64,000 bases of DNA from a virus: IMG/VR virus record IMGVR_UViG_3300030110_005581. One strand, given 5' to 3'. A program made the translations under genes and the position numbers. Below, piece after piece: positions 53,513 to 63,637 of the stretch (positions within the stretch are counted from its first letter, which is position 1; the number at the start of each line of letters is the position of its first letter). Under the pieces are notes generated by a model. That model was not told the origin of the DNA, did no database searches, and saw nothing but the letters and a program-made list of their open reading frames with translations.

Positions 53513-54505
53513 TTATTGCTTCTTAACGAATCGAATTGGGATATCAATTTTATATCCTGTGGTTGCACCGGTCACCCTAACAATGGTATCGATGTAATAA
53601 AATGTTGTTGCAGTGCCTCCCAGGCTCACAGCAAAAGTACTGCCCAGCCTTTCAAACAAAAAGGTACTAGTTCTCAAGTTGGTTGATGCTCTAATCTTGA
53701 AAGCACAATGTGTGCCTCGGGGCCCCTTCAAAGTTGTGTTGATCAAGTCAGCATTTTTTGCCTGCTTATCGTCACTGTTTAGGGGTGCGACTGGAGTTGA
53801 TTTTACAAAATCGCTAGTGGACAAATAGTAGCTAGCAATATTGTCATCATCTATAAAAGAAAAAGCCGCAGACTTTCCTGGTGTTTGGCCAGCATCGAGT
53901 GCAGTGACATCTGCTGTTGTCAGCGATCCGAGCCTGTTGTCGATCTCCACAATATATTGATTCTCTTGTAGCTCTGCATCAATCTTATATGCGTTGGAAA
54001 TCTCTGAAGTGTTGAGGCCCTGGTCTACACGAATATTCGTCAAGTAATCATTTTCTGGGGCTCCAGGATTGTCGCCGGCCATGAAATTGCCCAATTTGGC
54101 GTTGTTGGCCGCGGCATAAAATAAGTTTGAAGTTGTTTCGTCTACACTTACAATAAAAGACCCAGAGCCAACCAGAGAGTTCATTTTTATAAAGCTCTGC
54201 TCCTGATTAAGCTTGACGACAGGCAAGTAAAGAATATTATTATTTGTAAGCGTAATCAGTTTAGATTTCATGTTTGCGGTGTTGTTTGTAAAAGCCTCCA
54301 AGATTGGGGTTTGAAGAATTTCTAAATCGTAATATGCTGAGCCGCTAGCGTTGGCTGCATTATAGTTACCATAATCAATTTCATCATCGCCAAAAGCGTA
54401 CTTTGTGATCTTAAAAGAGCCATCGCCCTCCGCCAACCTTTTACGCCCTGCGTCTGTTAGTACCGCATCTAATATGATATCGCCACTATTATCTAAATAT
54501 GCCAT
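53513..54505 (-). CDS. putative virion protein with tail-collar-like N-terminal motif
   Basis: AVLTDAGRKRLAEGDGSFKITKYAFGDDEIDY. Confidence 0.55.
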   Translation of the reverse strand: MAYLDNSGDIILDAVLTDAGRKRLAEGDGSFKITKYAFGDDEIDYGNYNAANASGSAYYDLEILQTPILEAFTNNTANMKSKLITLTNNNILYLPVVKLNQEQSFIKMNSLVGSGSFIVSVDETTSNLFYAAANNAKLGNFMAGDNPGAPENDYLTNIRVDQGLNTSEISNAYKIDAELQENQYIVEIDNRLGSLTTADVTALDAGQTPGKSAAFSFIDDDNIASYYLSTSDFVKSTPVAPLNSDDKQAKNADLINTTLKGPRGTHCAFKIRASTNLRTSTFLFERLGSTFAVSLGGTATTFYYIDTIVRVTGATTGYKIDIPIRFVKKQ

Positions 54506-54527
54506 AATAATACTCCTTTTGCTTAAT

Positions 54528-54535
54528 TAATTAGT
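54528..54535 (-). promoter_or_regulatory. putative late promoter motif ACTAATTA
   Basis: taattagt 23 nt upstream of the ATG at 54505. Confidence 0.55.
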
Positions 54536-54565
54536 TACTTTTTGTTGTTTTTTCAATTCTTTATT

Positions 54566-57500
54566 TTAACATTTACCTGATTTATAGGTATCGGGTTCGC
54601 CGCTTGAGGACTCATCTAACTTCTGAAGCTTCGCTATATCCTTCAATCTTAAATTCAAGTCAAATTTTTTGCCTGTTTTTTTGCTAGTAAATCTAAATTT
54701 AAATGTCCTTCCCCACGCTGATTTTTGCAAATCTGGATCTCCAATCATCTCGTCCAGCTTTGTAGTTCCAACAAGGTCAACTGCACCAGCTTTATGATTG
54801 ATCAGGGCATCTTCATCCAAAGTGCGATTTTCTTGTGATGGCTCTATTCTAATATACTTCATGAAACTTTTTAAAGGATTGTTTGACTTTTTATTTTGCA
54901 AATCCTCGATAAAAAACATTTTAAATATTGAATAGGGTGCTTCACCATCCTTATCGACAATTCGAACCATATAGACGGGCGAAGGGTTTGAATAATTTCC
55001 ATGAGAATCAACTTCTCTAAAAATGTAATAATAATTTTTGTTTGGAATCAGGGTGTCGTCAATATACCCCAAGTTAGACATACCGTCCCCCACAGATGCA
55101 ATTAGGTGATCGCTGGTGGGAGAAAAGGCGCCATATGATTTGGGCTCTTGCGCGGTTCTTAAAATTTCTATTCTGCCACAGAAATCATCTCCAGAATAAG
55201 TTATTGGTCCTTTAATTTTTCTTTGGCTAATTCTAGACTTTATTTGTGCGACCTCCTCATCCCTGTTCATAAGAATGTGAGTTTTACCCTGATTTCCGCC
55301 GGCGGCGGCAACTGATACTGTGTCGATTGTTATCGGGTAAAGGTCGTATTGACCTATATTAAAATTACAATTTATTAAAACTTTTCCTGTTTCCCCCTGT
55401 AGTGGGACAAAAGAAACATCAGGAAAAATAGGGGGCTTGTCCCACACCAGGGTAGTCTCCAGTGATGTTAAGAAATAGTCACCGCTATAGGTATCTGTTT
55501 CCGTCTCTGGAGTATGTACAGTATTGTTTGCGGATGCAATTGTGTTATAGTAAGGTACTCTTATCAAGTGCACATCCGGCTTGTAAATATAATTTAATTC
55601 AAAACTATACTCCGTATTGAAAATGTTGCCTCCATCCGTCACAATAGGGTCCCCTACAGTTGTGTTTTGGTATTGAGTCCCAACAACAAATGTATGAGCA
55701 TAGACTTGGTAATAATACCCCTTGTCATACTTCACCTGAGTGTCGACATAGTTTGCAATGTCTAGGCCCGGAACGTTCGGAATAAAAAAGCTCTGAATAA
55801 ATGTATCAGGCTTTTGATTTAATTTTTTAGGCTTGGGGCCGCCGATTGGTGCATAGGAAAAGTTTTCCCCCATCTTTTGTTCTTCAGATTTGCCAACACT
55901 GTTTCCAGGCCAATAAGGCGCCTCATCGGTTTCGGAATCTGTCCATGCCCTATATTTAACAACCTCATAAAATAAAACTTCAGAATGGGCCTTTTTGCCT
56001 TGATATACGTCTTTTACGCTTCTCACCGTTTCATTAATAAATTTATTAATTTTTGTTTTTGCAGACGCCCACTTCAAAAGGGCCATTGCGCCGGCAGAAG
56101 TTTTTGGTGGAGCTTTGCCAAAAATAACAGGCTTTAGTACATTTACATCGCCCATTAACACTCCGCCTTTAAACTTTTTTATCTGCTCAATATATTGCGC
56201 TCCGGATCCATCGCTGTGCATCCAATCATAATATTGAGGGGGCAGTCCAGCAAAATAATTTTGATGAAGCTGCGCGGTGCTCACGCCTTTTTTCGTGTCG
56301 GAATAGTCTGCAGGGGATGCATCTAAGTCTAACAAAAGATTAGATTCCAAAACATCATTCAACCAAAGGTGCAAAAGTGTTTCATTAAACATGGTGTTTT
56401 GCTCTGGTTGTATATCTCCTTGTAGCATCTGATTATCTTTTCTAATCACGCATGCCTGTTTAAGTCCGGTTGACATAGCGATGTTTAAATTATCATAAAA
56501 TATTGAAACACTGCTTTGGGCCGGCTCTTCGTTTGAAACGGTATACATGGCTGCCATAACATTTTGCATAAATATATCTGTGAGGCCGGCCTTATACAAA
56601 ACATCGCCCACATATCCACTATTGGCCATCGGCAAATTAATGTCAACGTAGAACGGAAACATCTTTTTTAATTTAGATGCTTCGTCAAAAAAGTCTTTTG
56701 TCTTATAGGCAGAGACGCCAACAACATTATATTTTTTCTGCTGGCTTGAAAACTTAGACCCTTTAACGCTCCCAAGACTACTAAAAAGATCGCCCACAGC
56801 TTGCTTTGTTTTATATTTTTTATAGGCTGGAGCCTGTTCGGCGGCGCCTGGGCCCGCGGGAGTTCCTTCAGGTGCGGGCTTATTAACTTCCCCCATGGTG
56901 GTAACCCAGCCATTTAAATAATCAGCAATATTTTTAACGGGACCTTCGTCAATGTGTTGTTTTTTAGTTCCTATCCCCAAAAACTGACTGAGCGTGTTGT
57001 CTAAGAATTTTGCAGTTAAACCGTACATTTCTTTTTGAGGGTCATCAACATGCAAGTTTCCATTTTCTTTTTTACAATATTTAAAAACTGATGGAGGTAG
57101 CCATGACCCTTGATCATAATACCTAAAATATTTTTCGTCTGATATCTGATCGTATATGAGAGCATAAATATTTGGCAATTGCGGCTCAGGAATGGGCTGC
57201 ATCGTTTTTTGCCCCCCTAGAGGAACTTTTATAGGTAAATTGTTTGTCTGAGGGTAGTCAGAAATTGCCTTTTCATATGGCAATAAATAAAAGTTATAGT
57301 GGGCCTGAATATTGACAGGCGAAGATAATCCTACACTTTCATTTAAATTAGACTGATAAGCGTTCTCTAGAAATGGCTTTTTAATTTCAAATGTTGCGTC
57401 CCTATATGAGCTGTTCCCATAGCTTGTCGGGACGACAAATCCATTTGACGGCTGAAAGGGCCAATCTTGATCCAGGTGTACAAAATTTAATTTCGTCCAC

Positions 57501-58348
57501 TTTTCAGGGCCAGCTTCCTCATAATTTTTGTTAAGTGGTATTAGATTTTGTAAAAAACTATTATCGCTCAGGCTCATGCCCTTCTGCTTTGAGTTAAATT
57601 GCATATGCTCTTTCATCAATTTTAAGCCAGAGCTATATTGTTCGGACTGAAAAAAGCCTGATTCCTTTAAAAAAGGATGCACTTTAGAAAAATAAAGACC
57701 GTCTTTCCATGCCTGCGAATTTTCGTTTGAAAAATCTTTTAGTGCATGTATTTCATATTTGTTAAATGCGTGTGGGGCGCCAGCAGTAAGAGTTCCATTG
57801 GGGGATTTTTCCGCCAAATAAGATACATTAGCAGATGCACGAAGCGGGTCTGCCACGGAGGATGGGGCCGGTAAATTAAAGCTTTCCTGACCTCCGCCTT
57901 TAAAACGCGTGGGGTTGCGGTTTATAGGCGACATCAAGATGGCTATTTGGTTGAGCACAAGCGAGGGCCCCTCAACATCTACAATAATATTATAAGGCGA
58001 GTTTAAATTAACTTGCGTCGACATGCCCCACGGTACCCAAGACTCAGAAGCTATAAAACTACCTTCACCTCCCCAGGCCCATGACGGCAACATAGTCTCC
58101 ATAAGCGCAGAGGCTGCCTTCTCCTGAGCGACTTTAGATGCAGATTTAGTCGATAGAGGGCGATATACATCATTGAGAGTCGCCTCTGGATTATCAGCTT
58201 CAAGGTCCATCGTCCTATAGGGCGTATTAAACGGCACAACCATAATAGTAGACTGGGGCACCTTCATAGAATCAAGTTGGTTGTCGGGTTTTTCAAAAAG
58301 ATCAACCTTTACCATTTCGCCTGTTTCTGGGTCTTTATACCAAGCCAT
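54566..58348 (-). CDS. large hypothetical (probably virion) protein with Fn3-like elements near the C-terminus
   Basis: 1260 aa; VKYDKGYYYQV and NKNYYYIFREVDSHGNYSNPS resemble Fn3 strands. Confidence 0.6.
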   Translation of the reverse strand: MAWYKDPETGEMVKVDLFEKPDNQLDSMKVPQSTIMVVPFNTPYRTMDLEADNPEATLNDVYRPLSTKSASKVAQEKAASALMETMLPSWAWGGEGSFIASESWVPWGMSTQVNLNSPYNIIVDVEGPSLVLNQIAILMSPINRNPTRFKGGGQESFNLPAPSSVADPLRASANVSYLAEKSPNGTLTAGAPHAFNKYEIHALKDFSNENSQAWKDGLYFSKVHPFLKESGFFQSEQYSSGLKLMKEHMQFNSKQKGMSLSDNSFLQNLIPLNKNYEEAGPEKWTKLNFVHLDQDWPFQPSNGFVVPTSYGNSSYRDATFEIKKPFLENAYQSNLNESVGLSSPVNIQAHYNFYLLPYEKAISDYPQTNNLPIKVPLGGQKTMQPIPEPQLPNIYALIYDQISDEKYFRYYDQGSWLPPSVFKYCKKENGNLHVDDPQKEMYGLTAKFLDNTLSQFLGIGTKKQHIDEGPVKNIADYLNGWVTTMGEVNKPAPEGTPAGPGAAEQAPAYKKYKTKQAVGDLFSSLGSVKGSKFSSQQKKYNVVGVSAYKTKDFFDEASKLKKMFPFYVDINLPMANSGYVGDVLYKAGLTDIFMQNVMAAMYTVSNEEPAQSSVSIFYDNLNIAMSTGLKQACVIRKDNQMLQGDIQPEQNTMFNETLLHLWLNDVLESNLLLDLDASPADYSDTKKGVSTAQLHQNYFAGLPPQYYDWMHSDGSGAQYIEQIKKFKGGVLMGDVNVLKPVIFGKAPPKTSAGAMALLKWASAKTKINKFINETVRSVKDVYQGKKAHSEVLFYEVVKYRAWTDSETDEAPYWPGNSVGKSEEQKMGENFSYAPIGGPKPKKLNQKPDTFIQSFFIPNVPGLDIANYVDTQVKYDKGYYYQVYAHTFVVGTQYQNTTVGDPIVTDGGNIFNTEYSFELNYIYKPDVHLIRVPYYNTIASANNTVHTPETETDTYSGDYFLTSLETTLVWDKPPIFPDVSFVPLQGETGKVLINCNFNIGQYDLYPITIDTVSVAAAGGNQGKTHILMNRDEEVAQIKSRISQRKIKGPITYSGDDFCGRIEILRTAQEPKSYGAFSPTSDHLIASVGDGMSNLGYIDDTLIPNKNYYYIFREVDSHGNYSNPSPVYMVRIVDKDGEAPYSIFKMFFIEDLQNKKSNNPLKSFMKYIRIEPSQENRTLDEDALINHKAGAVDLVGTTKLDEMIGDPDLQKSAWGRTFKFRFTSKKTGKKFDLNLRLKDIAKLQKLDESSSGEPDTYKSGKC

Positions 58349-58352
58349 TTAT

Positions 58353-58580
58353 TTAATAGCCTCCTCCGCCACCTGTGTACGCCTGCTCAATTTCATCATA
58401 ATCAAGGTCGCGGTCAAGATCTGGGCGGCTGCTTACGCTAACAAAGTCAAAACTAGCCATTTGTTGTTCAAAATCCTTATTGGTCTCAGGAACATCAAAC
58501 ATAAAGCCGGTACAAACGTACTCCGCCCCTATTTGTGCAATTTGTTCCGGGTTTTTTAAGTCTACTATAGTTAAAGCCAT
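58353..58580 (-). CDS. small acidic hypothetical protein
   Basis: 75 aa, AAGGAG RBS. Confidence 0.65.
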   Translation of the reverse strand: MALTIVDLKNPEQIAQIGAEYVCTGFMFDVPETNKDFEQQMASFDFVSVSSRPDLDRDLDYDEIEQAYTGGGGGY

Positions 58581-58595
58581 TTTTAAACTCCTTTT

Positions 58596-61500
58596 TTATA
58601 AATCAAAATCTCCGCCGGGAATACCGTCTGGAACGCCAGCACTAAAGTTTCCGCCGGATGTGTCCTCTGGGTCGAAAAACCCAGCAGGAGCAACTGGAGA
58701 TGCTACTGGTCCAACATCTTCCATCTGAAGCCCTGGTGAGCCGGCTGCAATGGTGTTATCAGGGAATCCGGTAACATATGCATTTCCAGCAAAATTTTCT
58801 ACTTGGTGTTGCGTGGTTAAAAGAAAGTGCTCATCATACAAAGGCATATCCAATGCATCATATGCCTTTGTATTGAACATGTCATACCTTCTCTTGACCA
58901 ATCGGCACAACAAATGAATGCTAGAGCCTTTGGCCGTTGCCTGATCTACTGCAATATTAATAGCATTTAATTTTGAAACTGTAAGCGGCTCCCATATGGG
59001 CGCGCCAAGAGCGGCATTAAAAACCTCTTCATATCTTTTTTCACCAGGATTACCGTTTGACACTGGCTTTGGAGCATTCTTAACTCCCTCGTAGCCGGCC
59101 AAATATTGAACCTCCACAACGTTCATATGATTAAACCAAAATTGACCAAACCTATCTATTTTTAGATCTTGATTTTGAATCTCTTCGCTAGATGGTAATA
59201 TTCCTTGAGGCTTTTCGTAAAGCTGTGGATTGCCGCCATGCAAATAATAACGAAAATCAGGATTAATTTTATTTTCTGCTCCGGGAGAAACAAAGTTTTC
59301 TAAAGCCACCCTACTTTCAAGATTGAGATTCGCAATCAAGGCCAATGCTTGATAGGGCAATTGTTGAAGAGCGGCGGCAGTGGCGGCGAGAGCTATCGAG
59401 TGGTTTGCTGCTGCTCCCTGTGGCATGCCATAAAACATGTTGTTGTAAATAGCGTTGACGTGTTTATACAAAGTGCTCTTTACAAGCATTGGATCAAAAG
59501 AGCCGAGCTTTGCATCAAGAACTGTTGGGGCAATAAAAGTACCATTAATTAAGGCAAGAAGAAGTTTTTCTTGCCCATAATTTTCAGCCCATGGCACCTG
59601 CATTGTTTTTATTATCTGGTCTGATGGCATTGTATTTTCTAGATTCTCAAATGCAACTTCGGGGGGGAGTGGGCTATTTTCTAGCGAATCCCATGAAAAT
59701 TGATCGTTTGGTGCTCCGGGGATGTCACCAATAATTTTCTTCTTACTAGCGGCGGGGTCTGCTATTGTATGTGGGCTTATAATAGACGCTTGAGGAAAAT
59801 AAACACCCTTGTATGCTAGAGTTTGATATTCTTTAAGAATTCTTTCCATCTGAGGGCCAATGCCCGTGTTACCATCAATTACATCATTTGGGCCGTACCC
59901 TAATGAGTGATTGTTTCCTGTGTCTCCATATAGATCGAGCTTATATCGAAGAATGTTATTTACAACCATCCAGTATTCATTTTCATCATTGTTTTGATGA
60001 TCTACAATGTAACTTGGCAAATGAGTTGCACCATTTGGAACTTTGAGGTGCATTCCAATCTGAGGCATAAGATTTAAGTTTAGCTGCTGATCTGATTGTG
60101 GGCCATTATAGGCTGGGATCTTAACAGGCATAACCAGAGGGCCATTATTAAAATTTGGAAAATACTGATTAAACTCGTTTAAACTTCTGGCAATGTAATT
60201 GCTTGATAATATTGCCTTAAGTCCAATTTCTGCAGTTGTTTGATTCGGGAGAGGAGACTTTATGGTCCCTGCCAAATATTCATACCCAGCATCAACATGA
60301 GTGGTGGTAACTAACTCTGTTGGCTTTTTAAATACATGCTCTACTTTAATTGCTCTGATCTCGCCCCCAGTGACAACCTGCCCGCCCAACGATTTTTCAA
60401 TTGGATAGTAGGAGCCCCATGTTTTTGGTATGGGTGCGGTTGAATAAGAATCAATCACCGACTTCATTTTATCAGCCACTAAAATAAGAATTTCACTGAA
60501 TGTGTTAAAAGATTCAGGAGTACCGTTTGTTATCGACAAAAGCGATGTTAAATTGCTAATATTTGTAGCCGGCTTATTTTGAGCCAACATGGCAAAGTTC
60601 ATGACTGCCATAGCTGCATCAGATATAATATCGCTGGACACTAAATCATCCCAAAAACACGCCTTAAAGATTTGAATTGCAAAATTGCTAAACTGCCCAG
60701 TCTGAGAATTAAAAAATTGTTCTTGAGCGAGGGGCGTCGTCGCATACTGTCCGTTCACAAAAGTGAGCATAGGTTTTATTTTATTGATGGCAAAATTAAC
60801 TTTAGCGTAAGAATTGATAAAATAATTTAAAGTAGGGTCTTCTATCTCTACTTCCATTGAATACTTGAATGCCCCCCTACTAATGCTTTTTATGTCATAA
60901 TCTGTAAAAGTATAATAAGAGACGTGAGAAGAGTTGGCAGATCCTTTAAGAATTGAATCTTCTAATATTACTGGTGATAGTGCAGACTTTGCTTCAGGAT
61001 TGTATTCTACAACAAACTCTTCCCCCTCTTGAATATCCGCGTTGCCCATTTGGCCTGTATAAAAAATGTTTGGATAGCCGTCATATATTAATTTTCTTCC
61101 TGTATTGTTTATGGGATCATTGGATGCCGGCACATCTACTCTTTGCCTATAAATCTTTAAAGATTTTATAATCGGCACTCCATTTTGAGCTAAAAATTCA
61201 GTTGCTTTTGCCCCACCATTTATGTTTGACATTTTGTCTAGAAGGGCTGGTATTGCACAATTCTTTTTAACTATCTTGCCCCAGTCGATTGAAAACAACA
61301 GTTTAGCTTGGCGCTTCGTGTTCACTGAAGTTATTAAATCCCCAAAACAAGATAAATTACTAAAGTCGGCTGCAGCGACTTGGTGAAGTTGATTGTTTAC
61401 ATAATTGCCACCAAAGACAATACTTTTCTGCTGTTCAAAATTAAATATTTGTTTTTTTATTTCTGCAACTTGTCTAAAATCCTGGACGCTATTATTGTCA

Positions 61501-62501
61501 ATCATGACATAATCTAAGTAAGGATGATCTTGGCCGCTTACATGTACATTGCCTGCCATAAACCTATCGCCGTGCTTGTGCACGCCTCCCATCCAGAGGG
61601 TGCCCATTATTTTATCAAATTTGTCATTATCTTGATCGGTGGAAATAAAAAAGACCATACCTTGCTTTGGCACTGCTGAGTCCTTAATGATAACAGAACT
61701 AGCAACTCTACCATAGTCGTCTTCTGTGTGGAAAAAATCTTCTCCTGTTGCATCCTCTAACTCATCCACAACGGAACTCATGTCTAATTTACACATTGCA
61801 ATTGCTGCCAAATCAGAAGGAAATGCGGTGCCAGGTATTTCTTGCTTAATTTGAATTGGGATTTTATATATCACTCTCCCACCCGGCAAAACGTGCTTAT
61901 ATTTTTCTTTAATAAAATCTCTTTTATTTTGAAGCCCAAGGTGTGCTGGTGCTGAAGTGTTTCCGGAGCTTTCGATAATATTATCTAAAGCTTGTGAGGT
62001 AAACTTAAAGTCCTCGCCGCTAAGGAGCTGAGTATTACTATAAAATGGCCACTCAGGATCTCCGGACAGAGTTTTCTTTGTGTCCAAATGCGACAGTAGT
62101 TCGCCGGCCGAGATTCCGGGGAAGTTGGATAGATTTTTTTTCGAAATAAAATGTTGATAGGCGGCTTTGCCTTTTTCATTCTTAAATGTTATAATGTGCA
62201 CTTTTAAGAATTTAAAAATATCATCAACAAAATCTCCTATCTCATCAAAAAGGTCTTGTGTTTCTAAAAGCAAATTATATGTGACAATAAGCTTGTTCGC
62301 TTGTGTGAAATCGTCCTCTGTAGGGCTGCCTGTATAGCCACCCGTACCAGAAGCTCTCTTGTCGATGTGGGCATCAATTGCCGCTTCTCTGTTTGCAGCG
62401 ATTTTATTTAGAGCCCCAGAGGCCCCCTCTAAAGTTATTTTATTAATATAAACACTCGGCAAAAAAGAAGTTACCAAGCCATTTAAGTTGAAGCTAGCCA
62501 T
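58596..62501 (-). CDS. large hypothetical (probably virion) protein
   Basis: 1301-aa ORF, TGATG-coupled to the upstream gene. Confidence 0.65.
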   Translation of the reverse strand: MASFNLNGLVTSFLPSVYINKITLEGASGALNKIAANREAAIDAHIDKRASGTGGYTGSPTEDDFTQANKLIVTYNLLLETQDLFDEIGDFVDDIFKFLKVHIITFKNEKGKAAYQHFISKKNLSNFPGISAGELLSHLDTKKTLSGDPEWPFYSNTQLLSGEDFKFTSQALDNIIESSGNTSAPAHLGLQNKRDFIKEKYKHVLPGGRVIYKIPIQIKQEIPGTAFPSDLAAIAMCKLDMSSVVDELEDATGEDFFHTEDDYGRVASSVIIKDSAVPKQGMVFFISTDQDNDKFDKIMGTLWMGGVHKHGDRFMAGNVHVSGQDHPYLDYVMIDNNSVQDFRQVAEIKKQIFNFEQQKSIVFGGNYVNNQLHQVAAADFSNLSCFGDLITSVNTKRQAKLLFSIDWGKIVKKNCAIPALLDKMSNINGGAKATEFLAQNGVPIIKSLKIYRQRVDVPASNDPINNTGRKLIYDGYPNIFYTGQMGNADIQEGEEFVVEYNPEAKSALSPVILEDSILKGSANSSHVSYYTFTDYDIKSISRGAFKYSMEVEIEDPTLNYFINSYAKVNFAINKIKPMLTFVNGQYATTPLAQEQFFNSQTGQFSNFAIQIFKACFWDDLVSSDIISDAAMAVMNFAMLAQNKPATNISNLTSLLSITNGTPESFNTFSEILILVADKMKSVIDSYSTAPIPKTWGSYYPIEKSLGGQVVTGGEIRAIKVEHVFKKPTELVTTTHVDAGYEYLAGTIKSPLPNQTTAEIGLKAILSSNYIARSLNEFNQYFPNFNNGPLVMPVKIPAYNGPQSDQQLNLNLMPQIGMHLKVPNGATHLPSYIVDHQNNDENEYWMVVNNILRYKLDLYGDTGNNHSLGYGPNDVIDGNTGIGPQMERILKEYQTLAYKGVYFPQASIISPHTIADPAASKKKIIGDIPGAPNDQFSWDSLENSPLPPEVAFENLENTMPSDQIIKTMQVPWAENYGQEKLLLALINGTFIAPTVLDAKLGSFDPMLVKSTLYKHVNAIYNNMFYGMPQGAAANHSIALAATAAALQQLPYQALALIANLNLESRVALENFVSPGAENKINPDFRYYLHGGNPQLYEKPQGILPSSEEIQNQDLKIDRFGQFWFNHMNVVEVQYLAGYEGVKNAPKPVSNGNPGEKRYEEVFNAALGAPIWEPLTVSKLNAINIAVDQATAKGSSIHLLCRLVKRRYDMFNTKAYDALDMPLYDEHFLLTTQHQVENFAGNAYVTGFPDNTIAAGSPGLQMEDVGPVASPVAPAGFFDPEDTSGGNFSAGVPDGIPGGDFDL

Positions 62502-63577
62502 CAGTCACACACGTCCCCTATATCTTCTATGTTTTGATTCTCTTCTGTGCCATATATATTGGGCGCAATATAATCTCCCTCATCTAGATCACTACAATGG
62601 AATATGTGATCTGTATAAATATTCTTAATTTTTTCTTGGCCATTTTGAAGACTGCAGAACTCCTCTTCATCAATATCAAAATCAAAATCAATGTCAAGAT
62701 AATATTCAACATGCTTTGGCGTAACTACACCATCTTCACCTACAAAATACAATCTCTCTAGAGTATCAGCATTCGCCCCGTTTGCCTTCGAAGATACCAT
62801 AAAAACTTCCACATCAAAATTTTCTTTTTTAAAATCAGTGTTTTCTTCTTCAATCTTTAAAAGTGCAAAATCATCATGAATGACAATATACGAGTCATCC
62901 ATTAATTTGTATGGGACATTAATGCCGTACTCTAAGTGGTGGGCATATAAAGGAATGTTTTCATATAAAACTTCTGGAATTTCATCTGAATCTTTGTATT
63001 TTGGATTTGGTGCATAAAAATGCGCCTCATACTGCACATCGCACTCTAGTTGAGGAATAAAAGTTGTAGGCACAGTAGTTGATCCGGTCTGTAAAGCATT
63101 TACAGATCCAGTCCATGCGTAATCAGCAGAAACTAGCTTGGCTTTATAAAATCCGACATTCCAAGCGGCTATATTGTTCGAATTGTATGCGGAGGTTCCA
63201 ATTGGATTTGCATAAATATGAGTACTGTCTGCAGTCTCAAGGAGAAAATCGCCGGCTTCTTTTTCGGAGGCGGCCACAACACCAGGCATTAAATTATTGA
63301 CAAATGCTGCGTCTTCAGAAAAAACACCAACCTCGGCGGGGCGATAAATGCTTTGAGGCTTTAATCTAGGAGTGTTTTCTTGAATCCTGCCTTCTATGTC
63401 ATTCTGAAGCTCTTTTGTTGTCGCAGAAGACGAATTTACATATTGCCTATCATATATAATATCATCATCAAAGAACGCATATTCATAAGGCTTAAGCTTT
63501 CCAAGTGAAAGCAAATATCTACCATAGGAAGTTAATTCTAGATTTAAGGTTTCTTCTTTTGGGTCAGCGTATGTCAT
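62501..63577 (-). CDS. putative virion protein, N-terminal paralogue of 53513..54505
   Basis: LELTSYGRYLLSLGKLKPYEYAFFDDDIIYD. Confidence 0.6.
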   Translation of the reverse strand: MTYADPKEETLNLELTSYGRYLLSLGKLKPYEYAFFDDDIIYDRQYVNSSSATTKELQNDIEGRIQENTPRLKPQSIYRPAEVGVFSEDAAFVNNLMPGVVAASEKEAGDFLLETADSTHIYANPIGTSAYNSNNIAAWNVGFYKAKLVSADYAWTGSVNALQTGSTTVPTTFIPQLECDVQYEAHFYAPNPKYKDSDEIPEVLYENIPLYAHHLEYGINVPYKLMDDSYIVIHDDFALLKIEEENTDFKKENFDVEVFMVSSKANGANADTLERLYFVGEDGVVTPKHVEYYLDIDFDFDIDEEEFCSLQNGQEKIKNIYTDHIFHCSDLDEGDYIAPNIYGTEENQNIEDIGDVCD

Positions 63578-63593
63578 TTTTTATCTCTTTAAT

Positions 63594-63601
63594 TAAATAG
63601 A
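63594..63601 (-). promoter_or_regulatory. putative late motif TCTATTTA
   Basis: taaataga 16 nt upstream of the ATG at 63577. Confidence 0.45.
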
Positions 63602-63637
63602 TATGTTATTGATTTGTTTAGTTTATTAAAAATTTGC

